The notes below the pieces were generated by a model, which saw only the letters and a program-made list of their open reading frames with translations, was not told where the DNA came from and searched no databases. The position numbers were made by a program, and so were the translations under genes. Below are positions 1 through 11,200 of a stretch of DNA of 64,000 nt, piece by piece. Numbering within the stretch: position 1 is the first letter of the stretch; each line of letters opens with the position of its first letter. Origin of the DNA: Chlorokybus atmophyticus (Eukaryota > Plantae > Mesostigma and Chlorokybus algae); the NCBI GenBank assembly GCA_009103225.1, contig RHPI01003009.1:461465-525464 (forward strand), given 5' to 3'.

Positions 1-218
1 CTTCAACTGGGGGTTGGAAGCAGCAGCAAGTCACACTCTGATGCAGAAGTTTCGCATTTGGTCACGCGCATATTTGCACACCCTCGCACACCACTCCATT
101 GCAGACATGCACACTCGCAAAGACACATGCTCACGCAGGCACGCGCGTGAGCACCCACCCACCCACACACACAAATACGCGCGCACGCACACATGCACAC
201 CATTTTCTCATCTCCCAG

Positions 219-2623
219 GTTGAAGAGTGTGGACTCCTCCACGCGCACGGCGCTGTTCTGCACGGATTCCAATCGGGATGATGATGAGTCCCTGCGTTAC
301 GATCTCCTGGTCGGCGCGGACGGCGTGCGATCGGCTGTGCGGCAGGCCGCGGCGGACGCGGGGGTGGAATGCGGGGTACGAGACTTGTACGCCAGCTGAA
401 AGGTGAGGGGGGTGGGAGGGTGCGATTGTGCACATGAGCATGCGTGGACATATACTTGGGTACACACGCACATGCACACACGTGCGCGCATTCGCGGCCG
501 TATAAACACTAACCAACACATACATTACACACAGACACACGCACGCATGAGCACACGTGCACGCAGGCGCATGTGCCTGCAAGCATGCACGCACGCAGCA
601 TGCACAGGTATGTGGAGGAGCGCACCAACACCCAAGTCTGTCACATAACTATTGACGTTCTTCCTTTCCCAGGCTTTGCACATCCCCTCCTCATAAGCCC
701 GACCCTGCACTCAGTGAGACCTGCGCAGTCCGCATCCCCTACAAGTGAGTCTGCTCATACAAGTCCCATTGTCGGTTTTTGTTTCCCTGTATCATAGTAT
801 GCAAATGTACACACTCGTGTGTGGAAATAACATAACAGAGAGCCCGCGGTGGAGATGGTGAAAGGCTACCCGTCGCAAGTGTCACTCAACCTCATACCCT
901 GCCAGGACGGCACATACATACTGCTCAGCCACAACAGGTGCCTGCTGGTGTGTCTGACTTGTCGTCATCATCACCAAGTTGCTCATCTTATGACAAAGGC
1001 ATGCCACACTGGAGGTTGTGTGTGCGTCATGCTACATGTGGTGTTACATGACCATGTCATGGTGCGTACGTGCTTGACTGTGCATGCACACATGGAGGTG
1101 TATGGTGTTACCTGAGTACGTAACATGCGATACTGTTGTATACTGTTTGTATGCTCTGTCACAGGCCGTGAACAGAGCCTCTTGCCCTCTGGCGCAAGTC
1201 CCCATCCGAGCTGCACGACTGATTCAACGCGCGCGTGCCGTTCCTGTCCATCACCAAGCAGGAGGCGGCTGCTTTTTTGGAAAGCAAGGCCTCGCCCACG
1301 CTGGAGGTATACGCAGCATGGCGATGATGTTACATGCGTCCACGTTCTCAGAGTTTGTTTGCAGGCAATGTGTATACATATGTATCACACGGTCATCATA
1401 CATACGCGCGCATGCATACCCCGTGTGTACACGATCCTGTTTGTCAAGTGTGTGAGCGTATGTGAGCGCGCGCGTGCGTGTGTCGATGTGTACACACGCA
1501 CACTCGCACATGCGTCTCTCTGAACCTTGCGCAACCTGTACAACCCCTTCCCACCACCTCAGGAGTAGTAGCGGCATATGTGTGCCTCAACAGCATGCTC
1601 GCAGGTCTGCAGGTGACGTGTGGCGCGTACCACCACGCGCCGGGTCGCGCCCTTCTGGCGGGCGATGCCGCGCACGCCATGTCGCCGGCCCTATCATTGG
1701 GATGCAACACCGCGATCCTCGACGTCGCGGCAATCACACGCCTACCAGACAAGCAAGATGATCGCCGTCGATGAGGTAGGAGGACGTTGTGATTGGTGTG
1801 GCTGAAGTTGTTGTGGTGGTTGTGGTTGTCTCCAACCTGCGTACTTACTTGTAACCAAGCTCTTGCTCATGTTCTGCACACGCATAACATATATGAATGC
1901 TAGTAGTAGTAGCACGTATTTCGCGCGTGCAGAACACGACGTGTATCATGAACAACCTGTCACGCTCGTGTTGCCCGATGATTTACATTGCCATGTGTTC
2001 ACTCTCTACTATTTGACTACACTACCTTACCCAACTTTCACTCTCTCATTCTCTCACGCCTTCTCTCCTCACAGGTTCTGTTGGCTTACCCGCGACCGTA
2101 TCCCCGAGGGCCACGCGGCCGCAGCCATATCGTCGGCAGGTTTCCCCCAGCAGAAGTGGGTCGGCGCGCTGTTCGTCGCGTACACGCCACTCACTTCACT
2201 AATGTACAGAGTTGCGCCGGGGGTGGCGCCGCAACCCAGATTCGATTCTGCTCCATGTAAGTGAGAGTATGGGGAGTTAAGGAAGACCAAAAACTATGTC
2301 TCCTTGCACGTGTGCTTAATTTTGCAACAACATATGCTTGGCTGGTGGGTTTGTTTTCTTTCTTTTTTTTAGGGGGGGNGGTTGGAAGGCATGCTTTAAT
2401 GCATGGTTGTGCGCTTGGAACGGTAATGGTTGCGTGAGCACACGAATTGACGGATTGTTGTCGTGACCAACAGACCGATTGTGCAATGAGAGCTAGCGAG
2501 CGGCTTAGTGAATGCGTGAGTGAGTGCGTGAGTGAGTGAATTATTGGTTGACAACTGAGCCAAATGGATATTTGACTGCGTGCGTTGACGACTTGTGTTG
2601 CTTGCATGCAGACGGACAAGCCC
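219..2623 (+). pseudogene. FAD-dependent monooxygenase pseudogene, a paralog of 18671-22731 (5' part lies outside the window)
   Basis: Exons match the intact copy one for one (DLLVGADGVRSAVR; LAGDAAHAMSPALSLGCN; FPQQKWVGALFVAY). It has in-frame TGA stops at 397-399, 1169-1171 and 1220-1222 where the intact copy has TGG. There is a +4 frameshift near 685 and further indels near 1765 and 2090. The last exon stops matching after ACGGACAAGCCC (2612-2623). Confidence 0.9.
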
Positions 2624-2696
2624 AATAACAACAGCAGCAGCAGCAGCAAGACAACACCATCGTTCAAAGCTACCACTACAGACACACATCACTCAC

Positions 2697-3813
2697 CCCT
2701 CCCGCAGCATGTCTTTTCGACACGGTCGTCCCAGTTCCCCGGCAAGACAGGCACCTCAAACGTGCCTGTCTTGCCGGGGAACGACACAACGTTACGCGGT
2801 TTGTGAGCGATCCCCCCCGCCGAGACCGCGCTTCTTCGCCTAGCCAGGCCATGTGGATTGGTTGGACTATAGTGGCTGTTATGAACGTGCTTTGTGAACA
2901 TTGTTTATTGATGACTTTGGCCCCTCCCCCCCTCACCAAGGTCGATCTTGGGCTCGTGCGGCCAAGCCTTGCCAATTCTGCCCTCGTAGCTTCCCAAACC
3001 AGTGCAATCAAACAAGTGAGAGTTTTTACAAGACAGGTTGGGTGCGAGTGGGTATGTGCATGTGTTTGTTTCTTTACGTACGCGCACGCGTGCGTAAGAC
3101 AGTCAACCACGTGCAAACCTCAGTCATGCCCCTATTTTCTCTCCCACCGTTGCTCACCTCCTTTTGGTGAGCTGGCGGGCTTGGAAACGCTGCTGTCGCC
3201 ACATTGTTAATCCGTAGGGTGTGCGCGCATCCGGGGGGCAAGTAGTGCTGGACGGCGTGTGGCGCCAATGTGACTTAAGTCATAAAAGGCCTATGTTGTG
3301 TGTGGCTCATACATACATAAGGTGTACCTCCAGCACGACAAGCCTCTCATTGTAGGGCCTCTCATACGGCACCCCCTGCACGTCTCAAGTAGAAATAAGA
3401 GACAGGCAACTGTGCACATATGCAGAGATGCACAAGCGCGTGTGCATGTATATGCGTGCGTTTGTACACGCATGCCAACAGTTGTATACGCACACACAGG
3501 GAGAGTCGGATTAAACGCACAACTTGCATGTGCACATTGTGCTCATGCAGTGCGTATATTTGCGTATGTGCAACGCATGCACTATAACGGACACGCACGC
3601 ACGCACGCACGCATGCACTCTCAGAGCGCATACAATAACATGCGCATATACTCCCGCAAACACACACACACACACACTTGTACACACACCAGCTCAGCTC
3701 TCACCTACGACAGCGGCCGGACTTGTTGAATGTGGCATAAGCTTTTTGGTCTTATTGTTGCTGCGCGTACGCAAGCCAACGTTGCCCCAATGCGTACAAT
3801 TCATCACCCGCCA
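2697..3813 (-). pseudogene. FAP96/CFAP96 pseudogene fragment covering exons 2-6 of the gene at 22860-25608
   Basis: It is colinear with 24124-24992 (GLGSYEGRIGKAWPHEP; HKPRNVVSFPGK). The acceptor CAG before the TGLGSY exon has become TTG, there are frameshifting indels, a ~16-nt insertion near 2733, and the 3' exons are missing. Confidence 0.85.
2734..2782. repeat. Perfect 21-bp inverted repeat (hairpin) with a 7-nt loop
   Basis: GTTCCCCGGCAAGACAGGCAC (2734-2754), loop CTCAAAC, then GTGCCTGTCTTGCCGGGGAAC (2762-2782), which is the exact reverse complement. Confidence 0.95.
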
Positions 3814-4439
3814 CTGCACGGGCTCGTAACAAAGTAGCTGTGTGCATGCGCATGCGCGAGTGCGTGCATCGAGAGAAGGCAAAGGCAGAGATATATACAT
3901 GGTAGTCATTGAATTAGTGGTGGTAATCAATTAAGTAGTGGTATCAACATTGGTAACAAAGGGGCAGAAGTTCATTGCGCTATTGCTAGTAGTGGTGATG
4001 AGGTACTCCCATCAATATTACAAAAACCAGCAAGTGAAGATTAGCTGAGTGGGGATAATTAAGTGTTTGCGTCATAGTACAACACATTCTGTTTTTCCAA
4101 CATTTGCAACGCAATTTAGATCAGTACTACTACAATTTCGGCCCGATTACCATTTGATGTTCACACCAACAAATGCATTGTAATGTTATACAGTGCAAGT
4201 GTTTTACATAACAATAGTGTGGGCGGGTCTGCTTCTTGAAAACATAAGGGTCGCACAAAGTAGCTTTCGGCGTGTAAAAAGTCAAGGCTGGTAGTAATGC
4301 ATGCAAATGATGTGCTCACTTCAAAGAATGAATTGATAGGCCAGCTTGCCTTTCAGGAATAGCCGCCAATTGGTTCAGGCGAGGATTCGAGAAGATTTAG
4401 GCGCAGACCTCAAGCGAGAGAAGGCTTCATGCGCGGTGC

Positions 4440-5707
4440 GAACTTAAGCGTCGCAAAATGTTTTCCCTACCGGACGACTAAATATTGGCAATGGCCATGC
4501 ACCTGGGGATACTCAATTGAATTGTCGTGGCTCAGTCCACCTGTAATCGCGATATAGGGACCTGATATAACGGCCGTCACTATCAGTCGGCGGCCGTTTT
4601 CATAAAGGGACTGACCAAGGCTGACAGGTACCTGTTAAATGCCCATCAAAACAAGCAAAGAGGACTTAACCTAACTAAGCGGTACCTAACAGTTATGTAC
4701 CGGCGACTGTACCTCGAAGGTGCCTAACTATCCGGTACCTTTAGGGTACCGTATGGTACTTTCAAGGCACCTGACATTGATGTCCCCAGTACCTACCGGT
4801 ACCGTTCAGTCATGAGCAGGTGCTGCATGCATGTGATCGTCGTCAATTGCTAGAAACACAAGTAACAAGCTTGATTGATTCACACAAAATAAAAATAGCA
4901 ATTAATTATAATTACATTACAACCTGTTGCTACGCTACAATGTAAACTACATTGAGATACTACTCATACTACTACTACCCTATACTCTACCCCTATACTC
5001 AGCCGCCGCACCTCCGCTCCACCGCGCGTGCGCCGCCGCTCCTCCTCCGCCGCCGCCTCGCCGCTCCTCCTTCGCTTGGCCTGGTCGGTAAGGGCGTCAA
5101 CACAACGGCATCATACATTATAACACATGACACATATGAACAAACTCACCTACCATGCCATTGCCGCCGCCGCCGCCGCTCTAGGCTGGCCTGGCCTGGC
5201 CTGGCTTGCAAGAAGGGCGGTTGGGTTGCAATGTTGCACTTAACATTAACATGACATGATGCATACAACTCAACTACTCTGTGTGGACACACATGCACAA
5301 ACTCACCAGTTGCCGCCGCCGCCGCCGCCACCGCCACTGCTGCTGCTGCCGCCGCCGCACAACTGTCCTCGAACATGAAGCCGTTTAGCGTTTAAACGCT
5401 GCTGCGTTTTAAAGGCTCAACGGCTTCAAGTTCAATGGTATGATTGTACCATCAAAATAGTACGACGGCTCTATTGTAAAATCAAATAATGAATACCGTA
5501 TATGTTACTTTTATGCAACTGTTGTACCATCGCAATGGTACTATTGTTCCATTAAGTGTGCCGAATATAACTAACCGAACTGATAGGTACTTGTCGCCAT
5601 TGCTCGTCCCTTTTAAAAAACTTCATTGGAACTGAGTGGTCTTGCTTGCCAATGTAGGTTAGTCGCCGCCGCGGCTTATGTACGGCCGGCGGCCGGCCGC
5701 GGGTTAA
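4440..5707. mobile_element. Possible degenerate inverted-repeat (foldback/DNA transposon) relic
   Basis: 4597-4633 aligns by eye with the reverse complement of 5585-5620. Colinear inverted motifs (CGACTAA, ATTGGCAA, CTCAGT) extend further out. Five GGTACC sites lie in 4627-4803, and the right side ends in GGGTTAA (5701-5707). I found no clean terminal repeat or TSD. Confidence 0.35.
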
Positions 5708-5796
5708 TTATGACTCACCAGTATCGATCGTCGCTAATAGGGGCCTGAACATACACTTAATTGCCATAACAGTTAGGTCGCCGTTATGAAAGCTGT

Positions 5797-6189
5797 TTGA
5801 CCGGCGGTCGGCCAGCAAAATATGTTGATGTCACGTCATCACCGGTAGGCAACAATCCACTATATTGTAAGATATGCGGTCGGCAATTGAGTAGGGTCCG
5901 TAATTTGCACCGGCAGTTTACTTATTCCCTTTATAGGGTCAGGCACCCGCAAGTTCCTCAGTCTGTTGTCAGTCACCGTGTAAGAATTGCGACGAGTTTG
6001 AAAAGGTTCATCGATAGAAGAATAACGATAGCTCGATGGTTGCTTGATCATAAGACACTTATAACAGCTTGGTTATATACAATCGGGTACGTGGGACAAC
6101 TTACAGTGCCAATATGTAGTGTTAAGTGTGCACAACATTATGGCATCGAAAGTGAGTATTTGCAGAGTGGCGCATATAGAGTCCCATAG
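5797..6189 (+). other. Intronless ORF with a degenerate zinc-finger-like motif, possibly a transposase relic
   Basis: YCKICGRQLSRVRNLHRQ...RHP resembles BED/C2H2 finger spacing, but the expected His is replaced. The start codon is TTG and no catalytic domain is visible. Confidence 0.2.
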
Positions 6190-6470
6190 ACTTTAATGGA
6201 GGGTATTATAATGCATGGTTTGTTACATTGGTGTCCCTGCGGTGTGCACACTATGTGTGTGTGTGTGTGTGTGCGGGTCATGGGCCCACGCATGCTTCTT
6301 TGAAAGTGTAGTTAAATGATTCGTGTGAGTAGATGTGGCTGTATGTATGACAGGGGAATTCCCGGTCGGTACACCTGTTCGTGCTGCGCGTCCTCTCAGT
6401 AAAGACAATTGCCTGTGTCTTTTTATATGCGCGTCACGATGCATATAGCTAATACGTACCCTACTTACGA

Positions 6471-6561
6471 CTCAGGTGCCCTGTCAGAGGCACTTCATGT
6501 GCAAGCGTACACTACTCATGGCTCAGGTGCCCTGTCAGAAGCTTTTCATGTGCTTGCCTAC
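6471..6561 (+). repeat. Two-copy tandem repeat with a 51-bp period
   Basis: CTCAGGTGCCCTGTCAGA(G/A)GC...TTCATGTGC occurs at 6471 and again at 6522. Confidence 0.85.
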
Positions 6562-8208
6562 TGCGGGACCCGCTTAGCCGTCCGCGGCTTTTTCCACACG
6601 TGTCAAGTGGGGGGGACACCTTTCCAGTGGCATGCCCCACCCGGCACATGCGCCAACGCAGAGGGGACCACAGCCGCCGCCCGGTTGGCGGTGGTGGTAT
6701 CGTTGGGGTGGGGTGGCGACCGGAGTCGGAAGGCGGGCACGGCTGGGGTTTGGTTGTCCGGCACGCTGGTGGAGGAGCGCAGGCATGACCGCGGCATGCT
6801 GCTGCTGGTGCGGTAGGTAGTACGGCCCTCTGGTACGGCTGACGAGCTCTCTAGGTCTGCCAGAGCTGGGCGCAGCGGCGGCGTGCACCGCCCCAGGGCT
6901 GGGTGGTGGCGCGAGTCAGCCTACAGAGGCTTACGCATGCCAGCTGCCAGCCTGCATCCGGTGCGCACGCCGGCTTGCCTGCTAGTCGCTTCCTGCGCTT
7001 AGCTTGAGTCCTCCTGCCCTGCTTACATCATGCTTGCAGCTCAGCGCCAGCTCTGTTGTCACAGAATAATATTACCAAGCGGAATTTTGCAGTAAGATCA
7101 GGATACAAACATATCATGATGGTGGCTGGCTGGTGTAGACACTGGTGGTTTTCACTTTCAATACTTGCAAGCAGCACGCAGCCTACACACTTGTTAACAC
7201 TGTTTGGTGTAAGCACGTCCTTGGCCACAAGGTTGCAGTCATCCAATGCATGTATGGTGTACACCAACATGTCTTTGTCGTTATGCTAGCTGATATCAGT
7301 CGATGAACACCAGTTGTAATGCTGGCCTGTGATGAATGATCCTCGTTAGGAAAACCGCTGTCAGATTTTGTGGTCTTTGCTGTATATATTGTTGAGGTCT
7401 AATGCGCCGATGCATTATCAAAGCGTTGACTCCGCGCTCGCAGGTTGCTCAATGCTGCATTGGCTGCTTATGTCAGCAACGACAATATAGGAGAAAACGA
7501 GTCAGCAACTGCATGAGGTACATCTGAGTCCTGCGTGCATATGTTATTCCAGGCGGCTTCACACAATGGTCAGCATAGCATTGTGTGTGCTGGCTGTCTT
7601 ACATTGAACTGCAGCGCAGGAAGTTGTTTAAGCCAATTCTTCCTTCTGTTCTGGCTTCTCGCTTCAACGCCCTCCCATGTGCTCAGTTGTTGAACCAGCG
7701 TACATCCTCAAGTAAGTTGGCTCGTATTCAAGATCTGTGCTGGCTGTGAGCGCACCACAGCTGAACACCCAAGCTTGCACGTGTGCACACCTTAATGCCA
7801 CCTCTTTTAGCGACTTGCGTGCCCTGCTTGCTTTCAGCGCTCATTACCACAAGAGGTATCGCAGTTGGGGTCCAAGCGACGACGAGTCTCTGTCACGCTT
7901 ATGTTGCAGAGACACTGTAGAGGCACTGCTTCAAGCTGCAACGTGATGTGCCTTCAGTGTCTCGTAGGACACATTGATGCATCATGCTTGCCTCTCGAGG
8001 TGTAACAGCCTTGCTCTTGCAGCGTGTGTGCGCAGGTAGCAGACTGTAGCGAAAGTGGCTCGCGACTGTGCAGCCTTGTGCAAGCCGGCCTGGGCCTACG
8101 CTGAGAGCCAAAGGTGCAGCTGTGACCAATGGCCATGGGCTGCTTTAGCCGTTGCCTGCAGTGTGGTCGGTCTCTTTCTTCTTCGCGGCGAAGTAAGCAG
8201 TGCAGTGC

Positions 8209-11200
8209 ATGCAGACAACATGGACCGCAATCATTGCGCTGTGTTGGTATGCAATTGCGGTCCAGTTAGTTGTGCCTGTTGTGTATGCCAATCGCTCCGG
8301 TTGCGACCACTGCCACACTTTCGTCTTCTTATTTATGCTTGTGCCAGGTCCAGATCCGGAACAGGATCAGATAGTGTCTGCAGTTGCACCCGGAGAAAAG
8401 AGCCAGCAAGCAGCAATGCAGGAGGGAGGAAGTGAGGAAAACATCCGCAATCGTGTCGGAAGAGAATTGACAGGATTGAGTGAGCAAACGCCTTCACACT
8501 TACAGTATGGGCGTGAAGCAGAAAGCACGTTCCGCCTCAGCGGTCCCTGGACAGTAGGGTTGACGTGGCATTGTGGGCTGACAGAGCTGCCTCAAAGCAT
8601 TGGCCGCCTGACGCACCTGCGGCTCTTGGATGTGGGCGGGAACGCGCTGACGACGCTGCCCTCGGAGGTGTTTCAGTCCCTGACGAACTTGCAGATGTTA
8701 AACTTGTCAGCGAACAAGTTGAAGGATTTGCCTTCAAGCATCGGCAACCTCACCAAGTTGACATGGTTGAATGTGAGCTCCAACGATCTGACATCGTTGC
8801 CTCCAGCGATCTGTGAGCTGAGGAACCTCGAAGACTTGAACTTGTGTGAAACTAATGTCAGCGAACTGCCTGCAAACTTTGCCCAGCTGACCAAGCTGCA
8901 TGTTTTCCGTTGGCGTGTCGTCCAGCTGACCACAATGAGGGTGCCATCAGATTTGCTCAAGCTGACCAGCTTGGGATGGTTGGCGTTGGGACATGTCAAC
9001 GGACCCATGGATTGGCTGCCAACCCTTGAAGGATTGGCGTCATTGGAGTTTCTACGGTTGGACAACACCCAGCTGAAAGCCTTTCCCACGGGGCTCTGTC
9101 AGCTCAGTCTTTTGCAACATCTGTTACTGAACAGCAATCAGCTCACTGAGTTACCACCTGAGATCAGCAACCTGACACGGCTGAAATACTTGGACCTGGG
9201 TGATAATCAGCTTGCAGCACTTCCGCCGGAGATAGGCAAGTTACAGAACTTGCGCTTACTTGTCCTGGACGACAATCGGCTGACTGCGCTGCCTCCTGAG
9301 GTCGGCCAGCTCACTCAATTGGAGGACCTATATGTGCAACGGAACAAGTTGACAACGCTGCCATACACAATGGCAGATCTGTCCTGTCTGGAAACTCTTC
9401 GGGCAGAAGGAAATGACCTGCAAATGCCGCTGTTAGCCGCGGTGGAAGCGGGCGCACAGGGCGTTCGCAAGTACTTTTCCGAGCTGCGCAGAGCGGGTGC
9501 GCAGCCCTGCATGCTGGCGAAGCTCTTGGTCGTGGGCCACGCTGCCGCGGGCAAGACGACGCTTGTGAAGAGGCTGCGCACAGGGGAGGCGCCGCCACTA
9601 ACTGAGACTCCTGAAGAGGTGAGGCAGTCGCAACCATGACAGGCAACTCGTATGCTATGGATTCAGACACCGTGGTGGTCATGACCACCACCACGAACAA
9701 GGCATGATCCATAGGCATGCTCGTGAAACGTTACCACCATTGTACCATTGTTTGCAGTACCGACAAAGGCGCACTGTGGGTGTGGACGTTTATTCGTGGC
9801 CATCAAGGGAAAACAAGACGGTTGTAGCTGAGGACAAGGTCTATCTCACTGCTCAGCCCGACTTCAGAGTCTGGGATTTTGCAGGCCAAGAGGACTACTA
9901 CGTCATGCATCAGCTGTTCCTGGGCAAGCGCAATACCATATTTGTTATTGTCATGGACGTGACCAAAATGGATTCGCATGGAGACCCGGCGTACAGGAAT
10001 GAGTTGACTTTTTGGCTGCAATCTGTGAATGCCAGAGTTCCGGGTGCAACCTTTGTCCTGGTCGGCGCCAAAACGGACATGCTTGACATCAACGTTGAAG
10101 GTCTTGTCACTGACATCCGCGAGGGTATTGTCACGCAAGCCGGCGAGGTGATAGCGGACATGAAGAAAGCTGCAAAAGAGGTGCTGAGCAAGATTGAGCA
10201 GCTTTCTGAAGACGATGATGAGCACACAAAGCAGAGCAGGCAGCACAGAGATCTGCAACAAGACAAAGAGCGGCTTCTGGAGCTGTGCAAGCCTGAAGGG
10301 CAACCCCACCTGGTCGATGGTGTTCGCATGACCAGCTCAGCTATTTCTGGGGAAATTAATGAGCTGGGAGAGCAACTCGTTCGCACTGCATTTGACCGGT
10401 TCAATTTGCGCGAGGAAATGTGGCCCAATTCTTTCCTATGGTTGATGGAGCAGGTTGAGGAAGCTGCAGAGTCAGGTGCAGTGTATTTTTGGGATACATT
10501 TCAAGAACTTTATTTTCCTGGCAATTACACAAGTACTGTTGTTGATAAGCGCATCTATGGACATGTGTTTGAAACTGTTCAACAACTTGCCGATGCTGTT
10601 GAGTTTGTGGAGTCTTTGGGCTTGCTGCTGGTGGTGAGAGAATCCGGTAGCCATGCACTCAAGGGCAGCACCATTTTTACGAGCCCGCAAAGCGTCATTA
10701 ACACCATCAAGTACGTCCTGCACCATGACATCGAGGACCACTTGAACAACCACAGGTGTTATCTAGACATGGATGCCGGACGGTGCAAGCAGCTGATCGA
10801 GAGATTCAAGTGGCAAGGAATCCTTCATGTGGACTTGCTGCCAGCTTTGTGGCCCACGCAACAACACTTGCATAAGAAGCTATGTACGCTTCTAGAGGAT
10901 GTCAAGCTCGCCTTTGTGTGGGAGGTTAGCAAGCCGGATGGCAAACCCATCACATACATCATACCGGCGCGGTGGAGGAGCATGACCACAGAGATGACCA
11001 TTTCCAGCAGCGCGGCACACAGCAGGAGCACTTATAAGCCTGCGTTGGAGCATGGCTCGTATGGTTGGAGGCTGAGCTTTCGGGACGCCTTTTCCGTTGG
11101 GTTGTACGAGTACCTGGTGGTGCGCTGTGCTCAGTTACTGACTCAGCGCTACATCGTATCCGTTCGACCAAAGCACCATCAACGGGTTCTGAGCATGGAA

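Noticed and set aside
6560-6930. GC-rich block with open frames on both strands
   Set aside because: No recognisable motif or consistent splice structure. Open frames are expected at this GC content.
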